From contig JAPYNU010000006.1 of the NCBI GenBank assembly GCA_028283245.1, positions 1,542-65,541 of the forward strand: a stretch of 64,000 nucleotides of DNA, written 5' to 3'. The notes under the pieces are model-generated. The model saw only the letters and a list, made by a program, of their open reading frames with translations. It made no database searches and was not told the DNA's origin. Positions 46,383-56,473 of this stretch are shown one piece after another. Within the stretch, counting starts at the first letter, position 1; each line of letters starts with the position of its first letter. This stretch comes from Candidatus Aldehydirespirator catecholifindens. GTDB lineage: Bacteria > Actinomycetota > Acidimicrobiia > Acidimicrobiales > Aldehydirespiratoraceae. The translations under genes and the position numbers were made by a program.

Positions 46383-48050
46383 GTGGAGTGTTTGAGTCAA
46401 GTGTCTGACATCCACAGCGCAACAAGCGACATCACCTCCACGCCAGCTTGGGTTGCCCTCGGACGTCATGCACAAGAACTGCAAGCCGAGGGCGTCAATA
46501 TGGCGGACCTGTTTGAAGCTGACTCCGACCGCGCTGGTCGTTGCACAACGGCTGTAGGGGATTTGATAATCGACTGGTCACGACATTTAGTGACTGAAAC
46601 TACCGTGAAACTGCTCTTGGCTTTAGCTGCCGAAGCTGGTGTGGCGCAGCGGATCATCGACATGATGTCCGGCCATCCGGTCAACACCACCGAGAAGCGT
46701 GCTGTGCTGCACACCGCCTTGCGGTCTGATCCCAGCGCAGCGGTCACAGTCGACGGCAGCAACGTAATGCCAGCAATTGCTGCTGAGCATCAGCGCATGG
46801 CCGCTTTCGTGGATGCGTTGCATGCTTCTCAGCGGCTAGGTGCCACGGGGCAATCGATTCGCGCCGTGGTGAACATCGGCATTGGCGGCTCGCAGTTGGG
46901 GCCAGCCATGGCGCATGAGGCTCTAGCCGGATTCCGGCACAATGCTGTGGAATGCCGTTTCGTATCGAATGTTGATCCGGCGTCGCTGGCTGACGGGTTG
47001 GCTGGCTTAGAAGCGGAGTCGACGCTGTTTGTGGTGGTGTCGAAAGGTTTCTCTACCGCTGAAACGCTCGCCAACGCAAGATCTGCTCAAGCCTGGACTG
47101 CTGCCGGGCTGGGCGATGCCGACATCACGCAAGCGACTCGCCATCATTTCGTGGCGGTCACCGCAAACCGCAACAAAGCGCAAGCCTTCGGCATTGACCC
47201 GGCAAATATTTTCACCACTTGGGACTGGGTTGGTGGCCGTTTCTCGATGGGATCAGCAGCAGGACTGACCTTGATGGCGGCGATAGGCCCCGACAATTTC
47301 AAAGAAATGCTGGAAGGGATGGCGCTGATTGATGCACATGTCAGCACCAACCCTCAGACGCCCGTGCCAATGTTTCTCGGGTTGTTGTCGGTTTGGTATC
47401 GCAACTTCTGGGGATGCCAGACACGGGCGGTGGTGCCGTATTCGCATCGACTGAGACTCTTCGGTGTGTGGCTTCAGCAGATAATTATGGAGTCGAACGG
47501 CAAACGGGTTCGCTCCGACGGCAGTCCTTTGGGTTGTGATTCAGCAGAGATCGTCTGGGGTGGTGTTGGAACCGACAGTCAGCACTCCTTTCATCAACTG
47601 CTGCATCAAGGCACAACTGTCGTGCCAGCAGATTTCGTGGTGATGGCAAGCTGCGATACCGACGTGGGCTCTGTTGATGCGCAGGCGCGGCATAAAGCTC
47701 TTGTCGCCAATTGTTTTGCTCAAGCCGCCGCTTTAGCGTTCGGCACTTCTGATACCGCAGCTGACCCGCATCGTCAATTGCCTGGGAATCGTCCCTCAAC
47801 GGTGATCATGGCGCCACGTCTGACGCCGTCAGTGCTGGGGCAACTGGTTTCGCTTTATGAGCATCTGATCGTGGTGCAAGGCGCAATCTGGGGGATCAAC
47901 AGCTTCGACCAGTTCGGAGTAGAACTCGGAAAAACCCTTGCTGACAGCATTGTTGACGACCTGCTTGACGACACAGGCACCCAGCCAGCGGAGCATGATC
48001 CTTCAACCGCCAATCTGATCAGCCACTACCACCTCCTGCGCGACTCCTAA
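46383..48050 (+). CDS. pgi: Glucose-6-phosphate isomerase
   Basis: NIGIGGSQLGP, SKGFSTAETL and ESNGKRV motifs. Exact start uncertain (46383 or GTG 46401). Confidence 0.92.
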   Translation: MECLSQVSDIHSATSDITSTPAWVALGRHAQELQAEGVNMADLFEADSDRAGRCTTAVGDLIIDWSRHLVTETTVKLLLALAAEAGVAQRIIDMMSGHPVNTTEKRAVLHTALRSDPSAAVTVDGSNVMPAIAAEHQRMAAFVDALHASQRLGATGQSIRAVVNIGIGGSQLGPAMAHEALAGFRHNAVECRFVSNVDPASLADGLAGLEAESTLFVVVSKGFSTAETLANARSAQAWTAAGLGDADITQATRHHFVAVTANRNKAQAFGIDPANIFTTWDWVGGRFSMGSAAGLTLMAAIGPDNFKEMLEGMALIDAHVSTNPQTPVPMFLGLLSVWYRNFWGCQTRAVVPYSHRLRLFGVWLQQIIMESNGKRVRSDGSPLGCDSAEIVWGGVGTDSQHSFHQLLHQGTTVVPADFVVMASCDTDVGSVDAQARHKALVANCFAQAAALAFGTSDTAADPHRQLPGNRPSTVIMAPRLTPSVLGQLVSLYEHLIVVQGAIWGINSFDQFGVELGKTLADSIVDDLLDDTGTQPAEHDPSTANLISHYHLLRDS

Positions 48051-48130
48051 CTTATTGACCCGACACCTTTCTTTTTTTGTGTGTCGTGTTCGTCGCAGCT
48101 GTTGAAGCGACTTGTCTGAGCGTCTGACTT

Positions 48131-48754
48131 CTAGCGCCAAAACTGATCAGTTCGGAGAGCTTCGTGTAGATGCTCTATTGGCCAAACCTCAATGTTGTCG
48201 CCGGTTCTGAAGGCACGCTGCCCGCGATAGATGAGAATACGACGGTTCAGGCCATCAAGATCGGCTACAGCTCGCAGACCTTTGAGCATGGTGGTGTTGT
48301 ACCGTTGAGCTGCCTTGACTTCTAGGGCCAGATGCTGACGATCTCGGGTGAGCATGAAGTCAACTTCGACAGCGGCCTCGGCGGCAGACCAGTAGCCAAT
48401 GTCGTCATAGATGTGTTGATGCTCGTTATGGGCTCGAAGTTGCCCCAGAACCCAGCCCTCAAGCAGTGCTCCCCGCTCTTCAGCGACGATCGCCCCAAGC
48501 TGCCGCTTAATTGCGCGCACTAGGCCGGGATCAGCCCAGTACAGCTTGGGGCGGCGCCGCTCTCGTGACCGAAGCTTGGCCTCAAAGGCAGGCAGTTGTA
48601 CGGCCAGCAGATCAGCGAAAAGAGCTTCGTCAAGCAGGTCTAGGCGCAAAGCGTCGGGAAGAGCCTGTTTGGCCCAAGTGCTCTTGCCAACACCTCTTAT
48701 GCCAAGAAGGAAGAAACTCTGCTGCGGCACTTGAGCATGCCGCGTGTAAACCAC
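48131..48754 (-). pseudogene. DUF4143-type AAA ATPase, apparently internally truncated
   Basis: Walker A LGIRGVGKST at residues ~17-26 is followed almost immediately by the KLYW.DPGLV... DUF4143 portion. At 207 aa versus the usual ~400 aa, most of the AAA_14 domain seems to be missing. Confidence 0.45.
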
Positions 48755-48866
48755 CCCGTCAATAATAGCCGAAAAATGACGACAACATATTCAAAAAGCG
48801 ACACTCAGCCTCTGGGAGATGACAAATCAATCTGGAGTCGCAGCTAGCAGGGCGGGCAGCCTGATG

Positions 48867-49739
48867 TCAACGGGTGAAGAAGAGCTGGAACTCCATGATT
48901 CCCTGGTCTTCTACTGACACGACTATTGGGGCAGTCGGGGCGGTGACGCCGTAGTCGCTGAAGGTGACCTCGCTGCTGCCCACGGCGAGTATGCGGTCGC
49001 CTATGAGCTGAGCTTCGATGCTGAAAGAAGCACGATTGGTGATGCCTTTGATGGTCAAGTCACCCTCTGCGACTCCGCTAAACACTGCTCCGTCGTTTAG
49101 GCCGGAAGGCAACTGCACTGGAGAAGTCAACGCGAACGTGGCTGTCGGGAACTCGCTGGTGTTGAGAGCATCGTAGATCCTGCCGTCACGGAAACTGTTG
49201 TCGGTTCGCAAGGTGCCCATCGTCACTGTCACCTCGGCGGCGAGCAGTTCGGTGTCGCTCAACTCGATAGAGCCCGACACGTCAGCGGTGCGTCCAACCG
49301 CAGTGAACTCGCCGATGGTGCTTAGCACCTCATCCACTCGGAAGCCAGCGAAGCTGACCGTCGGTTGGTCTTGCAGATCTCCGGGATCATCCGCTGACTG
49401 CACCTGCCACACCCCGGTCAGATCACCACTCGCATTCGGAGATTCAGCCGCAGCAGCAACCGGTTGGTCTTCGTTGCTGGTTGCAGCAGCGGCTTGAGCT
49501 TGGAGAGAAGCCGTGCCGTCCGCACCCTCTGGCGTTGCCGCAGCCGCAGCGGCTTGAGCCGGGATAGTTGTGGTGCTGGTGAGACGCTCCACCGTGGCTT
49601 GCAGATCAACCGCCTCAGGGGCATCTTCACGAGTTATCAGATACCACGCCACGACGGCCACCAACGCCACAACCCCGACAGCTACAACCCAGAAAAGAAT
49701 CTTCAGTGGTCGTTTCATTTGTCTTGTAAGGCCTTTCAC
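48867..49739 (-). CDS. YceI-like domain protein with an N-terminal membrane anchor
   Basis: A TM helix, an Ala/Thr-rich linker, then a YceI-like barrel pattern (GDLTIKGITNRASF). Confidence 0.7.
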   Translation of the reverse strand: MKGLTRQMKRPLKILFWVVAVGVVALVAVVAWYLITREDAPEAVDLQATVERLTSTTTIPAQAAAAAATPEGADGTASLQAQAAAATSNEDQPVAAAAESPNASGDLTGVWQVQSADDPGDLQDQPTVSFAGFRVDEVLSTIGEFTAVGRTADVSGSIELSDTELLAAEVTVTMGTLRTDNSFRDGRIYDALNTSEFPTATFALTSPVQLPSGLNDGAVFSGVAEGDLTIKGITNRASFSIEAQLIGDRILAVGSSEVTFSDYGVTAPTAPIVVSVEDQGIMEFQLFFTR

Positions 49740-51061
49740 CTGATGGGCAGGCCGTCTGCGGCCATCTCGTGAGCGGTTTCGGTTGCGGCTTGCACAGTAG
49801 CCTCGATCTCGCCGTCGCCATGGGCTAGCGACACGAATATGGCTTCATAGGCACCCGGCGCGAAAGCCACCCCGCGACGCAGCATCCCGTGAAAAAATTT
49901 CGGGTAGAGCCCATTGTCAGCGGCAGCAGAAGCCGTGTCAAAGTCATGCGGCGTGTGCGCGGTGAAGAACAGTCCCAGCAACGGCCCCACCCGAGGCACC
50001 ACCGCCGGAACTCCCGCCGCGGCAAAAGCCTGTATCAAACCTTCTTGAAGTGATTTCACGCTGGATTCAAGGTGCTGGTAGGCATCATCGGTGAGCAACT
50101 CCAGCACGGCGAGCCCTGCCGCAGTCGCTAGCGGATTGCCTGAAAGCGTGCCAGCCTGATACACCCCCCCGAGCGGCGCCAGCCCTGACATGATGCTTGT
50201 TGAAGCTCCGAAAGCGCCCACCGGCAATCCGCCGCCGATGACCTTGCCGAAACACCAAACATCGGGCTGCACCCCAAACCACCGTGCCGCACCTCCCCGA
50301 CACAAGCGAAACCCGGTGATCACTTCATCAAAAAGCAGCATCGCACCAACCTCGTCGCAGGCACGCCGCAAACCCTGCAAAAATTCCGGCTCAGGGGCGA
50401 CCAGACCCATGTTGGCTGCTACGGGCTCAACGCAAACCACAGCTACTGACTCGTCAAGTTCTGGGATGACGTTGTATGGAGCTACAACAGTGTCGGCTAC
50501 AGCACCAGAGGTGACACCTTCGCTGCCTGCTAGTCCCTGCTGAGCTACTCCTGATCCACCAGCTACCAGCAGAGAGTCGCTGTGACCGTGATAGCAGCCC
50601 GCGAATTTCACTATCTTGTCGCGTCCGGTCACGCCGCGTGCTAGACGCACCGCTGACATCGCCGCTTCGGTGCCGCTGCTAGTGAGCCGCACCATCTCGA
50701 TGCCTTCCACGCGGGCGCGTATTTCTTCGGCGATCAGCACCTCGCCTCGGGTGGGGGCTCCGTAACTGGTGCCTCGCTGAGCCGCCTGCTGAATGGCGTC
50801 AATCACGGCAGGGTGAGCGTGCCCGGCGATCTGAGGGCCATAGCTCTGCACATAGTCGATGTAGCGACGTCCGTCGGCGTCATAGACGAACGGCCCCTCG
50901 GCTCGGTCCACGAAATAGGGCGTGCCCCCCACCGAACGAAAAGCCCGCACCGGGGAGTTCACCCCGCCGGGAAGGACCTTGGTGGCGCGCTCAAAAAGAG
51001 CTTTGCTTGCCGATGCCGACATGTCTGCGTCGCTGCTGTTGCCTTCGGGGTTCACTAGCAC
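49736..51061 (-). CDS. hemL: Glutamate-1-semialdehyde 2,1-aminomutase
   Basis: LPGGVNSPVRAF, and the class-III aminotransferase Lys region CFGKVIGGGLPVGAFG. An alternative start is ATG 51022. Confidence 0.93.
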   Translation of the reverse strand: MLVNPEGNSSDADMSASASKALFERATKVLPGGVNSPVRAFRSVGGTPYFVDRAEGPFVYDADGRRYIDYVQSYGPQIAGHAHPAVIDAIQQAAQRGTSYGAPTRGEVLIAEEIRARVEGIEMVRLTSSGTEAAMSAVRLARGVTGRDKIVKFAGCYHGHSDSLLVAGGSGVAQQGLAGSEGVTSGAVADTVVAPYNVIPELDESVAVVCVEPVAANMGLVAPEPEFLQGLRRACDEVGAMLLFDEVITGFRLCRGGAARWFGVQPDVWCFGKVIGGGLPVGAFGASTSIMSGLAPLGGVYQAGTLSGNPLATAAGLAVLELLTDDAYQHLESSVKSLQEGLIQAFAAAGVPAVVPRVGPLLGLFFTAHTPHDFDTASAAADNGLYPKFFHGMLRRGVAFAPGAYEAIFVSLAHGDGEIEATVQAATETAHEMAADGLPIR

Positions 51062-51121
51062 TCCAGCCGTGCCGTGAGGACTAACTGCACAGACCGCAGC
51101 GCTTTCATTGCGTGGCCGCTT

Positions 51122-52102
51122 TCATTGCATTGCCTCAGCTAGTCGTCGAGCAAAATAAGTCAGCACCAGATCAGCGCCAGCGCGTCGCACGGCCAGCACA
51201 TGCTCATGAGCCACTGCGTCCAGATCAAGCCAACCTCGCTCAGCTGCAGCGCACACCATCGAGTACTCACCCGAAACGTGGTAAGCGGCCAACGGAACGT
51301 CACAAAGCGGACGCGCCGCGGTGATCACATCCAGAAACGACAACGCTGGTTTCACCATCACCATGTCGGCACCCTCGGCTAAGTCAAGCCGGATTTCCGC
51401 CAAAGCTTCGCGTGTGCCAGACACGTCTTGTTGATAGGTGCGCCTGTCGCCACCTGAGGCGATAGTTACGTCTACTGCGTCGCGAAACGGCCCGTAGAGG
51501 GCTGTGGCGTATTTGGCTGCATACGCCAAGATCGCTGTCTGGTTGAAACCCGATCCGTCTAAGGCTTCGCGGATCGCTGCGACTTGACCGTCCATCATTC
51601 CCGACGGTGCCACAATGTCCGCACCTGCGCAAGCCTGCGCCACAGCGATGCGTGCGTAAACCTCCAAAGTGGCATCGTTGTCAACGTTGCCGTGGCCGTC
51701 GATCACACCGCAATGGCCGTGATCGGTGTATTCATCCATGCACAGATCAGCCATCAGCACCATCTCGTCGCCGAGATCATTACGCAGGTCTGCCAGCGCG
51801 AGCTGCACGATCCCCTCAGGGTTCCAGGCTTGCGAACCGATTGAGTCCTTTTGTTGAGGCACCCCAAAAAGCATCACAGCACCGATCCCACAAGCATGAA
51901 GTTCGGCCACCTCAACTCGCAGCGAGCCAAGCGTGTGTTGAAACTGCCCGGGCATTGACGCAATCGGCTGCGGCTCATCAATCCCTTCACGCACAAAAAG
52001 CGGCGCGATCAAATCGTTGGGATGCAGCCGATGCTCTGCCACCATCCGCCTCAGAGCCGAGGTGCGCCGCAACCGCCGCATACGCCGCTGAGGAAAACTC
52101 AC
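51122..52102 (-). CDS. hemB: Porphobilinogen synthase (delta-aminolevulinate dehydratase)
   Basis: RRMRRLRRT N-terminus, DLCMDEYTDHGHCG, and MVKPAL (the active-site Lys). Confidence 0.93.
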   Translation of the reverse strand: MSFPQRRMRRLRRTSALRRMVAEHRLHPNDLIAPLFVREGIDEPQPIASMPGQFQHTLGSLRVEVAELHACGIGAVMLFGVPQQKDSIGSQAWNPEGIVQLALADLRNDLGDEMVLMADLCMDEYTDHGHCGVIDGHGNVDNDATLEVYARIAVAQACAGADIVAPSGMMDGQVAAIREALDGSGFNQTAILAYAAKYATALYGPFRDAVDVTIASGGDRRTYQQDVSGTREALAEIRLDLAEGADMVMVKPALSFLDVITAARPLCDVPLAAYHVSGEYSMVCAAAERGWLDLDAVAHEHVLAVRRAGADLVLTYFARRLAEAMQ

Positions 52103-52111
52103 CCTGCGAGG

Positions 52112-52963
52112 CTACCCAGCACCACCGCCGCCTAGTTGAGCCGCTCTCAGCGAAGCCTTGACTCCGGTTGCGGTTTCGGGTTTGCTGCGGGCGTGTGCTT
52201 GTAATGCCGCGATCAATCCTTTGACAGTGTGCTGTGCGGCTTCAACCGTCACCGCAAGACCCAACTCTGTGGCGGTTGCTGAGGTGGCTGGCCCGATTGA
52301 AGCAACCAAAGGCGGAACCGCGTCCACGCCCACCTCAGCAACAAGGCGACTAACCGTGGAAGACGACGTGAACACCACCGCATCGCAAGCTTGCACCGCT
52401 TGACGCTGCGCTGCGTTGAGGCTCACCGCTACGTTCTGATAAGCGGCCACGTCAAGCACTTCCCATCCAGCTTTGCGCAGCTGATTGGGTAGCAGCGTTC
52501 GCGCCACCGCAGCGCGTGCCAACACTACTAAACCCCTGTGACCGTGTTGCGGGGCTGGGAACTCTGCTATCAACCCTTCAGCTATGGATCGTTCAGGCAC
52601 CAAATCCACTGTGATCCCGAGTCCTTGTGCTCGGTTCGCTGTTTCAGGCCCAATCGCAGCCACACGGACCCCTGCCGCTAATGCAGCGTATGCCGCGGCT
52701 CGCTCAGCGCCGTTGGGGCTAGTCACTACCAGCCAGTCGCCTTGCCCGAGTCGGGCTATCGCTTCGCGCAAGGCTGTTCCGCCGTCGTCAGGATCAGCAA
52801 TTGCAATCACTGGTGCCGCCACGACCTCCGCTCCGAGGGCTTCAAGGCCCTCTACCAAGCTTTGAGCCTGTTTCACTGGTCGACAAACCGCTATCCGCAA
52901 ACCTTCTAGCGATCTGGATTCTTTGTGGTCGGAGTGGTCGGAGTGGTTGGGGCGGTCAGTCAT
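52112..52963 (-). CDS. hemD: Uroporphyrinogen-III synthase
   Basis: HEM4-like two-domain pattern and position between hemC and hemB. The N-terminus carries HSDHSDH from a 9-bp tandem duplication. Confidence 0.8.
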   Translation of the reverse strand: MTDRPNHSDHSDHKESRSLEGLRIAVCRPVKQAQSLVEGLEALGAEVVAAPVIAIADPDDGGTALREAIARLGQGDWLVVTSPNGAERAAAYAALAAGVRVAAIGPETANRAQGLGITVDLVPERSIAEGLIAEFPAPQHGHRGLVVLARAAVARTLLPNQLRKAGWEVLDVAAYQNVAVSLNAAQRQAVQACDAVVFTSSSTVSRLVAEVGVDAVPPLVASIGPATSATATELGLAVTVEAAQHTVKGLIAALQAHARSKPETATGVKASLRAAQLGGGGAG

Positions 52964-52997
52964 TCATCTTCCAGCGGTGTCTGGGTGTCGCAGTCAT

Positions 52998-53975
52998 CTA
53001 GCGCTCGCTGGGCGGAATCATGCCGCTGCAACCACGAATCATGCCTTTGCGAGTGCGTTGTGGCTTCTGGCTATCGCAGTCATCTTCCAGCAATGCCCGC
53101 CCACCGCGGTCATCTAGCAGGCGGCGTGCTGTTTGATGCCCCAATGTGTCGGGTTGCGTGCCGCGCAGCGTCTCGCGTAGCAGGACGCTCCCGTCAAGTG
53201 CCGCCAGGAAGGCGGTCAGCTCCAAGCTTCCGTTGGCAACGGTGGCGTGAGCCCCAGCCGGCAGGTCGCAGCCGCCTCCCAGTTCCGCGAGGAAGGCTCG
53301 TTCTGCGTCTACGGCAAGCCGACTGGGTTGATGCTGCACAGCTTGCAGCAGCTCCAGTAGCTGATGGTCATCGGTCTGGCACTCCACTGCGATGGCACCC
53401 TGCCCAACCTGCGGCACAAAAACATCAGCTGCCAGCACATCAAGATCATCACGCTGGATATCCAAACGCTGCAACGCCACTGCGGCCATAAAGATGGCAT
53501 CAAAGTCGGCGGCTTTGGCCAAGCGGGTAGCGATATTGCCACGCAATTCCCTAAAACGTAGATCCGGTCGCATCCAAGCCAGCTGCGCTTTGCGTCTCAC
53601 CGATCCAGTGGCCACCGTGGCACCCTGAGGTAACTCTCTAAGCTTGCAACCCACCAGCGCGTCCTCAGGGGCACCGCGCTTAAGGATCGCCGCTAGCACT
53701 AGACCCTCAGGAGTGACCGAAGGCAGATCTTTGGCTGAATGCACCGCCAGATCAGCTCGACGGTTCAGCACGGCATCTTGAACTTCCTTCACGAACACGC
53801 CTTTGCCGCCCATTGCGTGAATCGCTGTTTCGGCTTGCCGGTCACCGCTGGTTGACACGATCAGCGGCTCGGATGCCGTTGCGGTTGCTTCTGTGAGCAG
53901 TCCGGCCACGATGCTGGCTTGGCAAAGCGCCAGCGGACTGTCGCGAGTGGCGACCTTCAGCACCGACGGACTCAT
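52998..53975 (-). CDS. hemC: Hydroxymethylbilane synthase (porphobilinogen deaminase)
   Basis: LKVATRDSPLALCQA, DLAVHSAKDLP and RGNIATRL motifs. Confidence 0.9.
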   Translation of the reverse strand: MSPSVLKVATRDSPLALCQASIVAGLLTEATATASEPLIVSTSGDRQAETAIHAMGGKGVFVKEVQDAVLNRRADLAVHSAKDLPSVTPEGLVLAAILKRGAPEDALVGCKLRELPQGATVATGSVRRKAQLAWMRPDLRFRELRGNIATRLAKAADFDAIFMAAVALQRLDIQRDDLDVLAADVFVPQVGQGAIAVECQTDDHQLLELLQAVQHQPSRLAVDAERAFLAELGGGCDLPAGAHATVANGSLELTAFLAALDGSVLLRETLRGTQPDTLGHQTARRLLDDRGGRALLEDDCDSQKPQRTRKGMIRGCSGMIPPSER

Positions 53976-54047
53976 TGCAGCGCCATCGCCATCAAAGCGC
54001 TAGACGGAGCCATTCGCCGCCAGCGCTCTTCAGTTCTCACTATGTGG

Positions 54048-55307
54048 CTAGAGATCAAAAAGGTCGCGCAGCGCCTCGGCGAGCCGGTCACCGCGGGCAT
54101 GGCCAGCAGCGGCTTTCAATCTGACCGTCGGCTCATGCAGCATCTTGTTGACCACCCCATGAACAAGTGATTCCACCGCCTCACGCTGCTGCGGAGAAAG
54201 ATCCCCTAGACGAGTTGTGTGACGCTGCAACTCTTTGCTGCTGACTTCTTCTGCGCGTGCTCGCAACGCTGCGATTAGCGGCACCACTTCGCGAGCCGAA
54301 ACCTCAAGCTGATACTGCTGCACCGCTTCGTCAATAATCGCCTGAGCCGAATCAATCTCCTGCTCTCGACCGGCACGCTGCTGTGCAACAAAGCTGGTCA
54401 GATCATCCATGTTGAGCAGAGTCACTCCATTGATCTCGTTCACGGAATTGTCAACATCTCGGGGCACAGCCAGATCTAGGATCAACAGTTCACTGGCATC
54501 ACGCTGGGACATGACCTGTGAGACGTGACCGTGTTCAAGCACCATCTCAGTGGCACCTGTGGTTGTGATCAACAGATCGGCCGTGGTCAGCGCTTCGTCA
54601 AGATCAGCCATAGTCAAAGCCCGGCCTCCGCACAGCTTTGCTGCAGCTTCAGTTCGCGGCGCAGTTCGGCTGATGATCGCAATATCGGCTGCGGCGCTGT
54701 TGGCGAGCGACTTGAGGGTGCCCGAAGCGACTTCTCCAGCGCCTAGCACCAGTATTCGTTGCCCGGTCAATCCTCCCAGACGCTTAGCTGCCAATGCCAC
54801 TGCAGCATGCGACAGTGAGGCAACACCACGAGAAATGCCGGTGCTGCTGCGGACTTTTTTGCCTGATTGCACTGCCAGGCGAAACAGCGGCTCCAGAACA
54901 GCACCGACAGTGCCTTCGTTGCGGGCAGTCTGCCAGGAGTCGCGTATCTGCCCGAGAATCTCATGCTCGCCAGTCACCGCCGAATCAAGGCCCGCAGCCA
55001 CTTTGAACAGATGCCGCACCGCTTCGCTGTCGTGATATGCGTAAAGCTCGTCGCCAACCTTTTCAGGCGGCAAACCCGAATGGCGTGACAGCATCTCACG
55101 GATCTCTCCGTAGCCGCCATGAAAACGCTCTGCGTAGGCGTAAACCTCAACGCGGTTGCAGGTTGATACAACAACCGACTCGCTGAGATGCTCGGCAGCA
55201 GAAAGCTCATGCAGAGCCTTCGGCAAATCCTCAGGCGCGACCGTCATCCGCTCAAGCAGGTCAAGCGACGCGGAACGGTGACTACAGCCCACCACCACAA
55301 GCGACAT
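54048..55307 (-). CDS. hemA: Glutamyl-tRNA reductase
   Basis: VSTCNRVEVY active-site Cys motif and the NADPH-binding VLGAGEV. Confidence 0.92.
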   Translation of the reverse strand: MSLVVVGCSHRSASLDLLERMTVAPEDLPKALHELSAAEHLSESVVVSTCNRVEVYAYAERFHGGYGEIREMLSRHSGLPPEKVGDELYAYHDSEAVRHLFKVAAGLDSAVTGEHEILGQIRDSWQTARNEGTVGAVLEPLFRLAVQSGKKVRSSTGISRGVASLSHAAVALAAKRLGGLTGQRILVLGAGEVASGTLKSLANSAAADIAIISRTAPRTEAAAKLCGGRALTMADLDEALTTADLLITTTGATEMVLEHGHVSQVMSQRDASELLILDLAVPRDVDNSVNEINGVTLLNMDDLTSFVAQQRAGREQEIDSAQAIIDEAVQQYQLEVSAREVVPLIAALRARAEEVSSKELQRHTTRLGDLSPQQREAVESLVHGVVNKMLHEPTVRLKAAAGHARGDRLAEALRDLFDL

Positions 55308-55546
55308 CAGCGTGAATGCTATCGCCGTTGATCGCGAGCAAACCCAAGCGAGACCGTGATGTCACCGACGATGTCAGCGAGCCAGCAGAAAGAGTTGCAA
55401 AAATCCTGCAGCAAGAATGACGGCGAGCAGCACACCAATGGCGATAGTGGTCCCAGGTCTCATGAGTTTGCTCCTATTCGTTTTGCGTCTTGTGCGTCTT
55501 TGTGTTGAGCAGCGTTGTGGGGCAAGGTTTGTTGTAGCGCGACTGC

Positions 55547-56473
55547 CTACTGCGATTCTGGGTTGTCGTCGCCGCGCGGCTTTAGCCTCACCGGGGTTGG
55601 CTGGCGAGCGCTGCTGCCGGTCGCGGCGCAGAGACGCAACTCGACACCTTCATGCAGACCAAGCTCGTCGGCGGCAGAGCGTTGCGGCAATGCCAGTGAC
55701 AACAACCCGCTTGAGTCGGTGATAAGTCCGACCCGACCGGGTGCCACATCGGCATATGCCCGAACAGTTTGTGCTGTGTGAAGCTCTTCACCGATAAGTA
55801 CCCGCAACGCGGAATCAGTTTCGTTAGCAGCGATTTCGGCGGTGTCGCTCATCGCAATGTTGAGCTGGCAGTTCCCGAAATGATCCACCCAGAGCACCTC
55901 AGCCACGAGATCATCACCTTCACGTCGGCTCACTGGCATCATGGCGGGAGTCAAAGTGGCGGGATCAATTTGTGGACCTAGCGCTTCTAGCGGAACTCCG
56001 CAGCAAAGATGAGCGGCTGCTGGCGCAAACACGTCGCGCCCGTCAAAAGTTGCTCCCAGTTCTGCTTGTGGATCAAGGCGGTATTCGTTGGCTGTCAGTT
56101 CTACTGCGCGGCCAGCCCCACCCACCAAAGCCACTGCCGGTGCCAGCAGCCCGTTGTCAGGCCCAACCAGCACCGAAACACCTCCACCGACCTCAACAGC
56201 CACAGCACGGCGCTTGGTGCCCACACCTGGGTCAACCACTGCAAGCACAACGCCTGACAGTAGATACTGAGCGGCTCTTGCTAGTGCTAGTCCTCCGGCT
56301 CGAACGTTGTGGCGGGTGATGCCGTGGGTCACATCTATCACTCGCACCGTTGGTGCAATGGCGGCAATCACTGAATGGACCACACCCACGAATTCGTCAT
56401 CGTGGCCGTAGTCAGACAAAAAAGACATCGTGTCGTAGCCGTCTGTCTGTCGGTTGGGGGACAGAGTGTTCAC
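55547..56473 (-). CDS. SAM hydroxide adenosyltransferase family protein (DUF62; chlorinase/fluorinase-like fold)
   Basis: FLSDYGHDDEFVGVVHSVI...VIDVTHGI...VVDPGVGT matches the DUF62 N-domain. The true start may be ATG 56428. Confidence 0.75.
   Translation of the reverse strand: MNTLSPNRQTDGYDTMSFLSDYGHDDEFVGVVHSVIAAIAPTVRVIDVTHGITRHNVRAGGLALARAAQYLLSGVVLAVVDPGVGTKRRAVAVEVGGGVSVLVGPDNGLLAPAVALVGGAGRAVELTANEYRLDPQAELGATFDGRDVFAPAAAHLCCGVPLEALGPQIDPATLTPAMMPVSRREGDDLVAEVLWVDHFGNCQLNIAMSDTAEIAANETDSALRVLIGEELHTAQTVRAYADVAPGRVGLITDSSGLLSLALPQRSAADELGLHEGVELRLCAATGSSARQPTPVRLKPRGDDNPESQ

Noticed and set aside
48061-48086. The hairpin CGACAC-N14-GTGTCG after pgi, considered as an intrinsic terminator.
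   Set aside because: The stem is only 6 bp with a 14-nt T-rich loop and no trailing T-tract, which is too weak to call.
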